Below, in pieces: positions 39,181 to 52,390 of a stretch of DNA of 64,000 bases. The stretch is from Octopus vulgaris (lineage: Eukaryota): the NCBI GenBank assembly GCA_951406725.2, contig OX597821.1:59954001-60018000 (forward strand), given 5' to 3'. Numbering within the stretch: position 1 is the first letter of the stretch; the number at the start of each line of letters is the position of its first letter. A program made the translations under genes and the position numbers. The notes under the pieces were generated by a model. The model searched no databases. It was not told the origin of the DNA and saw nothing but the letters and a program-made list of their open reading frames with translations.

Positions 39181-39873
39181 ACTGATAGTGATAAACTAAG
39201 TTGTAATGCAAACAGAGGAGAATAAGAAAAGCTAGCACTAGTTGGCAATAGACTTTAGATTTTATTCCTAGTGGTCAGTTGGAAGAAAGGTGCAACAACA
39301 TAACAACATTCAGTTGACTTGATAATCAAGAGCTTTAGTTAATAAGCTTAGGGTTAGCACCAACCTTGATGTCAGTGTAATGAAAAAAAGTTGTGCATTC
39401 AATTAGAAACCAAACAAAGTTAAGTAGTACTGGTTTGGTCATGCAATTTTACTTCAACCACCTGTCAATAATTAATTAACAAGGATAAGCTGTACACCAA
39501 TTAAAAATATACAGATAAAACATCCCAGCAACTACTTCCTGTTAATCACACGCATTAATAATAGTGTTTTTTCAAAAAACACAATGACTATGTTACTGAA
39601 ACCATCCAGCTTGATAAATACCAACCCAGCAGTCTCTTCTGATATTCAACCAAAACAGAACAAAATAATAATAATAATCATCATCCTTTTTTACTATAGG
39701 CACAAGGCCTGAAAGTTTTTTGGGGGGGTGGGGGGGTTAGTCGACCACATTGGCCCCGGTGTTTCATTGGTACTTAATTTATCAACCCTGAAAGGATGAA
39801 AGGCAAAGTTCACCTAGGTGGAATCTGAACTTGGAATGTAGCAGCAGTGAATAAGAAGAAGAAGAAGAAGAAG

Positions 39874-39904
<31 letters not shown>

Positions 39905-39914
39905 TCATCATCAC

Positions 39915-40290
39915 AGATTTGCTTGTCAGTTGTTTGACCATAACCAGCTGAGCATGTCCTTTGGTGGCTGATGATATGTGCCATCTCTGATCATGAGCAG
40001 AAGTAATGGGGGAGCATCATAGCCATGTTGAGAGGAATTCTTTGGGGTTTCAATATTCCACCTCTGGAAACATAGGTGTTCCCTTCAACATCCTTAGATA
40101 ACCTTTATTCAGGAATCTTTTGAGCAGGATGAACTACTCAACCTGAAGAAAATTCTAACTGGGCCCCACCTGTAAGGTCATGTGCCTGGTGTATCCTTAT
40201 CAGATGGGTAGTCATGATGGGTAAATTGGGCTTTCTATATTTGTATCCCAGTGTCACTTTGATGGTACGCACTGCTCTTCCACTCAATAA
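39915..40290. repeat. Probable interspersed repeat bounded by trinucleotide microsatellites
   Basis: GC-richer non-coding block between an (AAG)(AAC)(ATC) tract and (AAT)n. Single copy here, recognised only from recall. Confidence 0.35.
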
Positions 40291-41179
40291 TAATAATAAT
40301 AATGATAGTCGTTTCCAATTTTGGCACAAAGTTAGTAAATTTTTAAGGGGAAAGAGGTTAATCTATCACAATGACTCCACTACTTGACTAGCACTTCATT
40401 TTATTGACCTCGGAGGGAAGAAATGCAAAGTTGAACTCAGCAGTATTTGAACTTAGAACATAAAACCTCAAAAGATGCTGCTAAGTATATTTTTTCAAAG
40501 TACTAGTGATTCTTCTAACTCACTAATAATTTTCTATGGCTAGATGCTCTTCCTGTTGCCAAACTTCACTTGTTTCCATGCAAAGGGATATTTCCCATGG
40601 CCAGATATGTTTTTCATGGATGACTGGAAATGTACAACACTACTTGTATGACAGTGATGCTCATTCACAATTGTCACATGATGTCAAGACATGGGTGTAC
40701 ACACACATACACACAAATACATACATATACCTATATACACATACAATAGGCTTCTTTCAGCTTCTGTCGACTGAATCCATTCATAAGGCTTTGGTTGTCT
40801 CAGGGGCTATACTAGAAAAGACTTGCTAAAGGTGTCATGCAATGAACCGAACCCAAGACCACATGGTTGGGAAACAAACTTCTTAACCATGCAGCCATGC
40901 CTGAGCCCAAAATTAATGGCTGCAATACCCTCTTTTACTCACAGAAACAACTTAAAATTGAAAGGTGACTTATTTGATTGACATCTTCCAATCAATTTAT
41001 GATCCAGATAGTGATTCAAATTTCATCAGGTCAAGAAGAAATATAGAGAGGAACAAACATTAAGGCTGTAGCATATGGGATGCACTGCCAATAATCATAA
41101 AAACATTTCAAACTATCTCAACTTTGAAAAAGAAACTGGAAACCCGCCATTTCACTAAATTTGGGTATTCCCTCTTTTC

Positions 41180-41367
41180 TCTCTTTTACTTGTTGCAGTC
41201 ATTTGACTGTGGCCATGCTAGAGTACCACCTTTAGTCAAGCAAATTGACCCCAGGACTTATTCTTTGTAAGCCTAGCACTTATTCTATCGGTCTCTTTTG
41301 CCGAACCACTAAGTTATGGGGACGTAACCACATCAGCATCGGTTGTCAAGCGATGTTGGGGGGACAA

Positions 41368-41398
<31 letters not shown>

Positions 41399-41570
41399 CA
41401 CATATATACGACGGGCTTCTTTCAGTTTCAGTCAACAAATCTACTCACAAAGCTTTGGTCAGCCCAAAGCTATAGTAGAAGACACTTGCCCAAGGTGCCA
41501 CACAGTGGGACTGAACCTGGAACCATGTGGTTGGTAAGAAAGCTACTTACCACACAGCCACTCCTGCGCC
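41180..41570 (-). mobile_element. SINE family A, full length (others near 42163 and 43215; plus-strand copies near 25905, 58815, 60115, 60815)
   Basis: Colinear with 24315-24705. Confidence 0.88.
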
Positions 41571-41585
41571 TATATATATTTATAT

Positions 41586-41768
41586 AGGCGCACGTAAAAA
41601 GCATCCACTACACTCGCGGAGTGGTTGGCATTAGGAAGGGCATCCAGCTGTAGAAACACTGCCAGATCAGACTGGGCCTGGTGCAGCCTTCTGGCTTCCC
41701 AGATCCCCAGTTGAACTGTCCAACCCATGCTAGCATGGAAAGCGGACGTTAATCGATGATGATGATGA
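41586..41768 (+). mobile_element. SINE-like family D with (GAT)n tail (others near 2872, 10858, 15345, 29112, 34815, 43930, 47040, 51715, 55180)
   Basis: Shared core ggttggcattaggaagggcatccagctgtagaaac...ccaacccatgctagcatggaaagcggacgttaa-(gat)n. Confidence 0.8.
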
Positions 41769-42099
41769 TATATATTTCTTTTTTTTTTCAATCGTAATCA
41801 CTGAAGAAAAGATGTCTTTATATATAAATATTTTTTTTTTCGAGGTGAGAAATTCAAAGTACATTACAACACTTGATTTCTGATAAAGTGTGATTTGAAG
41901 ATTTAATTGTGTGAGTACAAGGAGAGCAAATACACAAATGAAGGATGAGAGTTATGTTGGAAGGAGATGTTGGTTAGGATTCCAGTTGCTATAACAACAC
42001 TAGCACCAGTAACCTCTAGCAGCAGCCCCATTAACTATATTCTAAAATATCTTTCTTATACAAATGTTAGCTAGGCTAATTAGTACAACGGCATATTTG

Positions 42100-42105
<6 letters not shown>

Positions 42106-42162
<57 letters not shown>
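42106..42162. repeat. (TA)n microsatellite
   Basis: Directly visible. Confidence 0.95.
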
Positions 42163-42165
<3 letters not shown>

Positions 42166-42932
42166 CGGGCTCCTTTCGGTTTCTGTCTACCAAATCCACT
42201 CACAAGGCTTTGGTCGGCCCGAGGCTATAATAGAAGACACTTGCTCAAGGTGCCACGCAGTGGGACTTAACTGGAACCATGTGGTTGGTAAGCAAGCTAC
42301 TTACCACACAGCCACTCCTGCACCTATATATATATACACACACACAGAGGATGGGTTTCTTTTCTATATATATTCTACATATTTACATACATAAATTAAT
42401 AATTAGAAAATATTGGTGAGTTGGCAAAATTGTTAGAGTGACAGACAAAATACCTACAATATTTCTACCAGCTCATTATGTTCTGAGTTCAAATTCTGCT
42501 GAGATTGACTTTGCTTTTCATCCTTTCGGGATTGATAAAATAAGGACCAGTTTGAGTACTGGAGTTGATGTTATTGCCCCCCACCCCACCCCACTCCACG
42601 CTGCCCCACCTTCCTCTAAAATTGCTCCACATGAGCCAAAATTTTGAAACTATAAATTAAAAATTAATAAGAAAGTTGAATTGATTCTGAAATTAATCAA
42701 AAACATTAGAATGAAATCCTGGGAATATCTGTGAGCTGGAGGTGGGGAAAAAAGAAGGTAAAAGAAAAATTACCTGTAACAGGTAGTTGGTAACTAATCA
42801 ATAATACAATTAAAAAAAAAAAATTATGACAATCATTTTTTTTTCTTTTTGGAGTGTTTAAAATGATTTTCACACACATGGACAGATGTAGAGAATTTGG
42901 TAATTTTATTGAGACACAAAGATGGAACTTAC

Positions 42933-43126
42933 CTAAGTCTGGGTTTAGGAGTTATGCAATTTTCGGCAGAGTTTCTTCTTTGATGTGAGGTACTCCAACG
43001 CCGCACCAATCGTACTGTTTCGTTATTCACTTCCCATGGTCGAGATGGAGGGGGGCTAGGAGAATTTCTAAGTTCTATATCAACAGTGTTTGATGTTTTA
43101 CGACGTTTTCTACTAGGACTTTCACT
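42933..43126 (-). CDS. RNF38: Internal coding exon of an RNF38/RNF44-like RING finger E3 ubiquitin ligase (N-terminal region)
   Basis: Minus strand reads ttttattttacag|AGTGAAAGT...CTTAG|gtaagt (194 nt, phase 0 in, phase 2 out). It encodes SESPSRKRRKTSNTVDIELRNSPSPPPSRPWEVNNETVRLVRRWSTSHQRRNSAENCITPKPRL(R). This matches, from memory, vertebrate RNF38 SEDSPSPKRQR...SPAPSPPMRPWE...SGERCNTP. The RING-domain exons are not seen in the window. Confidence 0.72.
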
Positions 43127-43583
43127 CTGTAAAATAAAAAAATTAAAACATAAATGAGTCATTTAAAAGAAAGTAAAAACAAAAGTTGTGATTATCATCA
43201 TCATCGTTTTAATCTTTTTTATTTGCTTCAGTCATTTAACTGCGGCCATGCTAGAGCACCACTTTCAGTCGAATGAATCTACCCCAGGACTTATTCTTTG
43301 TAAGCCTAGTACTTATTCTATTGATCTGTTTTGCTGAACTGCTAAGTTGCAGGGACATAAACACACCAACATCGGTTGTCAAGCAATGGTGGTGGTGGTG
43401 GGTGAGACAAGCGCATGTGCGCGCACACACACACACACATATATATACAATGGGCTTCTTTCAGTTTCCATCTACCAAATCCACTCACAAGGCTTTGGTT
43501 GGCCAGAGGCAGCATACACCACAAGTGGAACTGAGCTGGAACCATGTGGTTGGAAAGCAAGCTTCATATCACACAGGTACGGC

Positions 43584-43624
<41 letters not shown>

Positions 43625-45299
43625 TTGGACTAATGAGTATACATGAATTAGTGTGCAAATGTGTTGAGTAGTGTGCAAATAACAACCTGACTGCCCAAAA
43701 TCAAGATCTTTAGTGGGACACCACTTTATGTATGAATGTATCTGATGTGACCCAGACTGCAAGATTGATGCAACAATATGATACACTGCATCCCACCTAT
43801 AAAGGACAGTTGCAAGATGGGTTGAAATAATCATTGTACAAAATAAAAAGTTACACCAATTCCATCTTCTATTTACTTGATTATTATACACACACACTCA
43901 AGAAGACTTGCCCACCACAGCAGAATTGATACTGGTGCTGGTGCCACATAAAAAAAGTACTGGTGTTGGTGCTATGTTAAGAGCATTTGCGCTGGTGCCA
44001 CATTAAAAAGCATCTAGCACACTCTGAGGTGTGGCTGGTGTTAGGAAGGGCATCCAGCTGTTGAAACCATACCAGAACAGACAATGGAGCTGGTGCAGCC
44101 CACGACCTGACAAGCTCCTGTCAAACCATCCAAACCATACTAGCATGGAAAATGGACATGATGATGACGCTGATATAAATACACACATACAAATTGATAG
44201 TATGTGTATGTGTGTATGTGTGTGTGTGTGTATGTGCACATGCGCACGTGCATCTACATTTTTCTAGGTTGAAACAAGAGCAGTTAAGTGAAAGGCCAAC
44301 CAATATGTGACCACTGAAAGAAGATAATTGTACTTCTTCAAAGATTTCTAAAGTTTTATGTTAAATATTTAAAAAATGAGTATAAAATCATGATAAATTA
44401 TACACACACACACACACACATATGTATCATTTGGATCAACTTTATTATTGCTATAAAGACCAACATCATCTATCTTTTAACAGTGAACCAACTGTCTAGA
44501 GTATATGGTTTTAAGCAATTAATGATAGCCAACTTCAATTTCAAGTCTTTCACTTGTTCTGTTTTAAGTTCAAGGTCAAACGAAACGATGAGTGTACCAT
44601 TAATGATATCAACCTTTAATGCCAGTGGGTATCTTTCATTTGAAATTGTATCCAAGCAGAACACTGTTTGTTTAGTATCTTGCAGCTTGCTTGTCTCTTC
44701 AACTAAACATTTCTAGACATTGGCATTTTGTGATTATATTTCCCTTAAGGTGATACACAGGATCCATCTTTCTAAGTAGTACCAAGAGAAATAAGGAAGG
44801 ATAAAACAAAAAAACTGAAAATAAAAATTGAACCAATGAAGGTGATTCTATTTGATCTGCTGAATTAGCTGCTAAATTCTCCTTGAGTAAATTCCTCAAA
44901 CATTTTTAACTAACCACCATGATGACATTGGGACTTCCTCAACAATAACAAGAAATGAAATCAACGTGCAAGTTTTAAAATAATTTCTAATGTTGACAAT
45001 TGCAACTAAAGATGAAATAAAAAATATATAAACCAACAAAAAAGAAAGAGGGGGGAGAGAGAGAGAGAGACATTGAATTATATGCAGTAAACTTAAAACA
45101 GTAAAAAAAAAAAGCACTTTAAGCAAAATGCTAATGAGAATGGTGAGTTTAATACAATTTCCGAGAGTAGAATTAATTATGATTAATAATAAACATTTTG
45201 AATCATGTGATACAAGATTAATAATCACATATCTGTGATGGTGAAGATTGCAACACATACACACACACACACACACACATTGCATCACAACCAAACAAA

Positions 45300-45790
45300 G
45301 GTCATCTCAATGATTGAGAAACCACTGACAAACAACTCTTCAAGTCTTGTACTCTAGGGCTTTGATTAATGTCCTTCACACTCTTCCTTCTGTACATAAC
45401 CTTCCAACTATCATTTCTTCCCATACACGCTCCTGTGAAGATGATAATACACTTCACTCCACAAAACCTTTTCCCATACAGGTGGTGTCCATATGCTTGG
45501 GTGAAATTTCACATCAGATACATACTAGAGAGACCTTCCAAAACATCCTTCAATGGGAATGTGTTGATTTGGTGTCTGCAAACAAGTCAGTGACAGAATC
45601 CCTATACACACTAAGGGTCACATATTCATTCATCACTACAGCTACATTATTCTTGAACAACACACAACTAAATCTTCCACAAGCTGTACAAATGCTAAAC
45701 CTAACAATCTCTGGTAATCTCTCTTGGCAATCTCACAAGCATAACCTTGCTAAAATTGCACCCCAAACAATTGATCATAAATAGATGAAA
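45300..45790 (+). mobile_element. CR1/L2-group LINE reverse transcriptase fragment
   Basis: VL*G (cf. VPQG), SFTLFLLYI, SCEDDNTLHS (cf. YADD), NILQW and MLNLTISGNLSWQSH occur in the right order, with frameshifts. Confidence 0.7.
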
Positions 45791-48316
45791 TACCTGCTAG
45801 GTGTAATCAAAAGATGGCTGAGTCAATAGAGAGTCCAATACGAGCAAAATTCCTTGATAGCAGTGGATACACAGTTCACCATAACCCTACACCTGTTTCT
45901 ACAGTGACTGAGGCTATTAGAAGAGTTAAGGAAGAGGGAAGAAGTCAGAATCTTATATTCAGAGCTTGTGATGAGGATGATGATGTGCCTTGCTGACAAG
46001 GCCTGAAAAATACCTGTACTAGAGCTCTAATATATCTGAGACGGAGAAGGTGCAACATAAATATTCATGTCCACATCTGTAGACCAACTTGACTAATTAG
46101 GAAACTTTCAGTCAATAATACATTACAACAACTCAGTTACATACATGCTGTTTCTTCTGTTGCTGGTATAATATAAAATATGTAAGATTGTGCAATTACA
46201 TTCAATAAAACTTGAACACTAAATCTATAGAATAAAGTTATCTGTAGAGAGTGCCAACTTTGTAACACATAAATATACATTATGCTCAGCAACAATATTC
46301 TGTCTTACAATGTTAAAATTCAGTATAAAAAATTTTTTAAAGAATGCAATAAGAGGACAATATTGGCCAGTGATGGCAAAGTAGCTTAGCTTAATGTCTT
46401 GAAAATTTTAATTTCTTTAACAGTCATTTACATATTATCATCAACATCATCCTTTTAACATCTACTTTTTCATGCTTGCATGGGTTGGACAGAATTTATT
46501 GAGGCAGATTTTCCAAGCAATGCAATATTTCTCCATGACTAGACATTTTTTCATGAAATACTGGAAATGAACGACACTCATTTACAACAATCATACTTAT
46601 GTCAAGACAAAGGAGACACAAAAATACACAAACTTACATTCACACATACATATACACATGAATTCTAGAAGAATGTAGTTCCCTTGAAGCATTGTGTAGT
46701 ACAGAAATAAAGAAATGAATGAAATGAGAAATAAAGAAAGCTAACAATGCATTATTAGAAGTTTTTCTTGTTTCTTATTTCATTCATTTTTCTACCCCTT
46801 ATGAATTTTAGTTTCAGGTAATTGTTTATTGATAAACTTTTCATACACCTAGCTTCTCTGTCCCCATTCACTACTACTTATCTCTTACCTTGTGGTGTCA
46901 ACTGGACACCTCATCGGTATTGTTTATCTCCTAGCAGATACACCAATTCATTCTCACTCTCTCTCCTAAATGTGAGTAGCTATGTACCTCTACCCCAACC
47001 TCTTCTCTCATACCTTAATCCCCATCTAACATGTGGACACCCTCCTCTTGGGTTATGTAGTCTTGCAAGCTGCATGGTAACTTCAATAGTGCTGGTAGCA
47101 TCAAAATATCCTCCCAGTATACTCTGCAAATGGGTTGGCGATATGAAGGGCATTCAGCCATAGAAACCATGCCAAAGCAGACACTGGAGCGTGATGCAGT
47201 TCTTGTCAAATCATCCAACCTCAGATCCTTGTCAAATCACCCAACTCATGCCAGTATGTAACTAACATGCATGTCTCAGATCCACCATCATTGATATAAG
47301 CAAAAGGACTGCCTAGATGATGGTCTCTCTTCAAAGACAACAGATTCTATCATTTGCACAAACAATTTAAATTTGGAAAATATATTCCAAAGACAAAAAT
47401 AAGTATACCATATGGAACTCATACAAAATTTTTCCTAATCATTTTCACTATTGATTTTGACAAATTTATCTTACTACATAGAAATTGCATTAAAAATGTA
47501 CATTCAAAACTTGTAAAAATTCACATAGATATGTGTATTTTAAATGCAACAGATAATTTTTTTTCTAATGTAATAAATATCCCTGCGGGTTACAATACAT
47601 AAAGAAGAGTAGATAAAAAGAATTGATATCTTTTAAAGAAATAAAACAAATTATGATAATAATGATGATGATGATGATGGCAATGAAGAGAGGAAAAAAA
47701 TTTTTTTTCTTGGCTTTTCCATCAAAGTATGGAAAAGCATGATACCAGCTGCTATGTTTTTCTTTGATTCAAGGCACCAGCCATTGTATCACCTTTGGAG
47801 GAGATACTCACTCGAAATACTTAACGCAGCAGAACTATATTAGAAAAATATTAAAACCCATGAAATGGTTGGAAGGCAACTTTGAAGCCAAGTATGGATG
47901 CTGATAATTGGTATGATACTAACAGAACATATTGGTGAGTATTGATTCTACAATGCATACTAATTACTCTTAATCCATTATAGGTGAAAATATTCTGCTG
48001 TATTCTGATGTGTTAGCTGCTAACGTGTTGGGTGCTCATTTTTCACTTTATTAAAGCCTAGCATGTGTGAAAATCACAAGTATTAGTGAAATTATTAAAT
48101 ATAATCTCAAAGGCTAAAAATGTGAAGTAGTACCTTGTATGCAAAAGTGTAAAAAATTTTTTATAACACAGTCATTAGTAAAAATAGGATTTATAATATT
48201 GAAATTGAAAAAAAAAGATTTTTTTTTCTCAATAGTGAAATTGTTTCAAATTTAAAGAATATGTTAAATTATCATGCCAAAATGGAACATCTTAAAATGT
48301 ATAATTTCTGACTCAC

Positions 48317-48347
48317 CAACATGTAAATTGATTCTGATGTAGGACAG
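48317..48347 (-). other. Candidate 31-nt upstream exon ending ATG TTG (would give ML|SESP...)
   Basis: Long CT-rich tract, then cctag|CTGTCC...TACATGTTG|gtgagt. Joins in phase 0 to the exon at 43126. Confidence 0.3.
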
Positions 48348-49489
48348 CTAGGAATATTTTAGTTACAAAAGAAAGGAGAGGGAGAGAGAGAGAAGAAGAA
48401 GAGAGAGAGGGAGAGAGAAGTACAGTGTATAAAAAAATGAAAGTTTTGCATGATAGAGAAAAGATGTTTGAGAAAGAAGTGAACAGATATAGCTTGGGGT
48501 AAATCAGAATGGAAGAAAATAATAATAAAAATGAAAATTGCAAAAAAGATGAAGCAGAGCATTTTTATGAGTTTTTAAAATAATTTTTTTTTATCAATCC
48601 AACAATGAATGAATTAAGGTTCTCTCTTCTAGATGTGATTGCTATTTACACAATGCACACCTGAAGTGATGCTCAAAAAAAAAAAAAAAAGTTAAAAAAG
48701 TGCAAGTACACCGCAAGGAAGAAAAGGATGAGAAAAAATGCACAAAGAGAACTGTCTTTCAGCAACAAAAGAGAAAACAGCAGGGAATACGATCTCAGGA
48801 AGAAGTCACTTCTTGTCATCGGCAATCTCCTGGCACTGGGTTGACAGAGGAATATCACACATCACATTTGAACACTAAAAGTCATGACAGTGAGAAACTA
48901 GGATTGACATTTCATGCACTACCACTTAGTCGAGAATGGACAGCATTAACAACAACAACAACAACAATGGGAACTGCTACAGCACATAGAATAATGCTCT
49001 GGTTGCAGGAAAGAAAAATTATCAAAAACTTTAAGTAAATCCGAAGGATTAGAAGTGAAGAAAAAGTACAATTCAGCATAATGCTTTCATTCATTAGGGT
49101 TTTACATAATTTAAAAGGAAAACTAGATATTGAGTTGAGAACACAATGCACACATATATACAGGATTATCTCAAAAGATTTATAACAAAATATTCACTAA
49201 GAATGGTCACAGACATGGCTGTGTGGTTAAGAAACTTGCTTTGCATCTCCATGGCTTTGAATTCAGTCCCACTGTGCAGCACTATAGCCCAGGGCTAACT
49301 AATACCGAGTGAGACAGAAACTGTTGCGTGTGTGTGTGTGGTCTGGGTTGATTTGTTGATGCCCTTTAAAGCAGTGCTCCAGTGTGGCCACAGTCCAATG
49401 ATTAGAACAAAAAAAAAAAACGGGTAAAAATGTAAGAGAACGAAAGTTCAATTCCCAACTGTGTTTTTGATAGTCTTATTTACTTTTAA

Positions 49490-49710
49490 CCCTTTTGTTA
49501 CCAACCGGGCTGAAACCACCTCTGGTTCTGAGTACAAATGTCTTGTTTCCATAAGTTTTTTATTAAAATCTTCCACCAAACCTTAGTCACAATTTATGTT
49601 CCTAACACTAGCTGAATGATAACTAAGTTATTTTACTAAATTCTTTGTTATATTTAAATTTAATTGAAAGAAACACAGAGCATCTCAACAGAAATATGGT
49701 AACAAAAAGG
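49490..49710. mobile_element. piggyBac-type MITE, subfamily 2 (first of a tandem pair)
   Basis: TTAA|CCCTTTTGTTACCA...TGGTAACAAAAAGG|TTAA. Confidence 0.85.
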
Positions 49711-49741
49711 TTAAAATATATAATAGAGAAACAATTCTTAA

Positions 49742-49961
49742 CCCTTTTGATACCAAACCAGCTGAAACCAGCTCTGGCTCTGTAGTACAAATGTCTTGTT
49801 TCATATGTTTTTAATTAAAATCTTCCACTAAACCTTAGTCACAATTTATGTTCCTAACACTAGCTTAATGATAACTAACTTATTTAACTATATTCTTTGT
49901 TATATTTAAAGTAATTGAAAGAAACACAAAGCATCCCACAATAAATACAGTAACAAAAGGG
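49742..49961. mobile_element. piggyBac-type MITE, subfamily 2 (second of a tandem pair)
   Basis: TTAA|CCCTTTTGATACCA...GTAACAAAAGGG|TTAA, same orientation as its neighbour. Confidence 0.85.
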
Positions 49962-51369
49962 TTAAGCTGGTGAACTGGTAGAATCATTAGCACACAAGAC
50001 AAAATGCCAATAAGCATTTTGTCTGTCTTAATGTTCTGAGTTCAAATTCCACTGTGGTTGACTTTGCCCCTCAACTCGAGCACTGGGGGTATTGCTTTCA
50101 ACTTAACCCATCCCCCAACATTTCTGGCCTTATGCCAAGATTTGGAATCAGTATTCTTTCATTTATCATTAGATTTAGTATATGGTTTTAGGTAGAAGGC
50201 AGGATTGGTTTGAATATCACCATCATCGGTTTAATGTCTATTTTTCAATGCTTGCATAAGTTGGATAGAGTTTAAGGCATGATAGCCTTCTTGTTACCAA
50301 CTCTCACCTATTTCCATGCAATATAATATTGCCCCATGGCCAGAATTGAGTCTGCAGAATGTTAGAAACGAATGGTGCAGCATGTATGACCATTGCAAAA
50401 TGTCAAAACAAGAAGGCACAAACACACACACACATATGCATACGTTGGGCTTCTTTCAGTCTCTCTTTACCAAATCCACTCACAAGACTTTGATCAACCC
50501 AGGTCATAGTACAAGACACTTGCCCAAGGTGGCTTATAGTAAGATTGAACCTGAAACCATGTAGTTATGAAGCAAGCTTCTTAACCCACAACCACACCTA
50601 GATTTATATCTTTTACTTGTTTCATTGATTAGAAGAATGTTGGCTGAATGAAACAACTCCAGTACTTATTTTTTAAGCTTGGTACTAATTCTGGAGGGAT
50701 GTAAACACACTAATACTGGTTATCAAACAGTGGATGAGACACACACAGACAGACAGACATATACATATAAATATACATGATGGGCTATTTTCAGTTTTCA
50801 TCTACCAAATCCACTCAAAATGCTTTGGTCAGCCTGGGGCTATAGAAGACACTTGTCTAAGGTGTCATGCAGAGAGACTGAACTCAGAACCATGTGGTTG
50901 GGAAGGAAACTTCTTACCACATAGCCGTGTGTGTGTGTGTGCGTGTGTGTGTGTGTGTGTGTATTTTTATCCCCAAACAGTTCATAAATATAATTATTAT
51001 CTTTTTCCCTGATAATCTCAGGAAACAGAGTGTGATACTAGGCTGAGATAATATCAAAATTAGGTTAGCAATATCTGTATATCAGTCATTTATGTTGCAC
51101 TGTTTGATAGTATGTTGCTAAATTATTATTCTTAGAACTGCTGTAGCAGCCAAAGACAAGGTCTCTGCATTCAATTGCACCACACTCCCTAAGCAATGAT
51201 GTGAATTACTTCCTGTCACATGCACATTGCTTTATCTGTAGTTGAAATGTCTGAATGTAAAAACAAAATATTTTTACTAAAATATGAAAACTTTGCAGGT
51301 AAGACATGTCAAGTTTCTCAACCAACTAAGCTAATATTTTATAGGAACTGTAGTGCACCAGCCTGTTAA

Positions 51370-51578
51370 CCTTTTAGCATTTAAATCAATCACATCTATA
51401 CCTATTTTATGTTCAAACCAACCAGATCTTGCCCCTCACACCTACCATACAATGGCATTCTAAAAATACAGGATGTGATCATTGAAATTTTGAAGCTACA
51501 AGATAAGCCATGATTAATTAAAAACAATATGAATTCATAAGCATTATATTTGATAAGAGTAATCTGAATGTCAAAGAG
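51370..51578. mobile_element. piggyBac-type MITE, subfamily 1 (older copy)
   Basis: TTAA|CCTTTTAGCATT...AATGTCAAAGAG|TTAA. Interior is similar to 14796-15011. Confidence 0.75.
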
Positions 51579-52180
51579 TTAACCAACATTGGTTGCTAAT
51601 TATAATTTTGGAGGTTCATGACAATGCTGTCTGTTAAAATACCAAAAGTTTGAGTTCAATTCCTATCAGAATTATTTTTTGCTGGTTTTCTGTGTGTGTG
51701 TATGTGTATATATATGAGTCAGTGGCATATAAAATGCACCATCCGAATGTGGCCAATGCCAGTACACGCTGACTGGCCCCCATGCCGGTGGCACATAAAA
51801 AGCAGCCACTACACTCTCAGAGTGGCTGGCATTAGGAAGGGCATCTGGCTGTAGAAACATTTTGTATTTCTATAGAAATACAAAATAGCTGATGGTTGGT
51901 AAGGAGAGACACACAAATAAGAAAGAAGAAAGCAAAGGACCACTGATGCGGTCACAGGAGTGTGACGAAAGAACTGACCGAAATAAGATTAAGATTAATG
52001 TAAAAAATAAATAACGCTGAGCAAAATAACCCCAAATATATAGTGCGTGTGTTTTTATTGGCTAAACTGACAAAATGACCATTCCGAAATACAACAATGT
52101 CTGTTTCAACACACGATTTCACATAAAAAATCTTGCACAACAAATAAATATATATATATATAATTTTTTTAAATTAAATA

Positions 52181-52334
52181 TATAACTTATAACTAGATCT
52201 CAAAAAGTATAAAATGAATGATAAATATATAATATAATAAGTAATATAATAAATAATATAATATAATAATTTACTTATTATATTATATATTTATCATTCA
52301 TTTTATACTTTTTGAGATCTAGTTATAAGTTATA
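52181..52334. repeat. Perfect 64-bp inverted repeat with a 26-bp spacer
   Basis: 52181-52244 is the exact reverse complement of 52271-52334. Imperfect symmetry extends to about 52138-52393. Confidence 0.92.
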
Positions 52335-52345
52335 AATTTTTTTTT

Positions 52346-52390
<45 letters not shown>

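Noticed and set aside
42765-42785. Minus-strand acag|gtaatt as a recursive splice site
   Set aside because: Weak pyrimidine tract and only about 160 nt from the exon donor.
48700-49038. 112-aa plus-strand ORF
   Set aside because: Non-ATG start, purine-biased low-complexity sequence and no homology. More likely non-coding or UTR sequence of the minus-strand gene.
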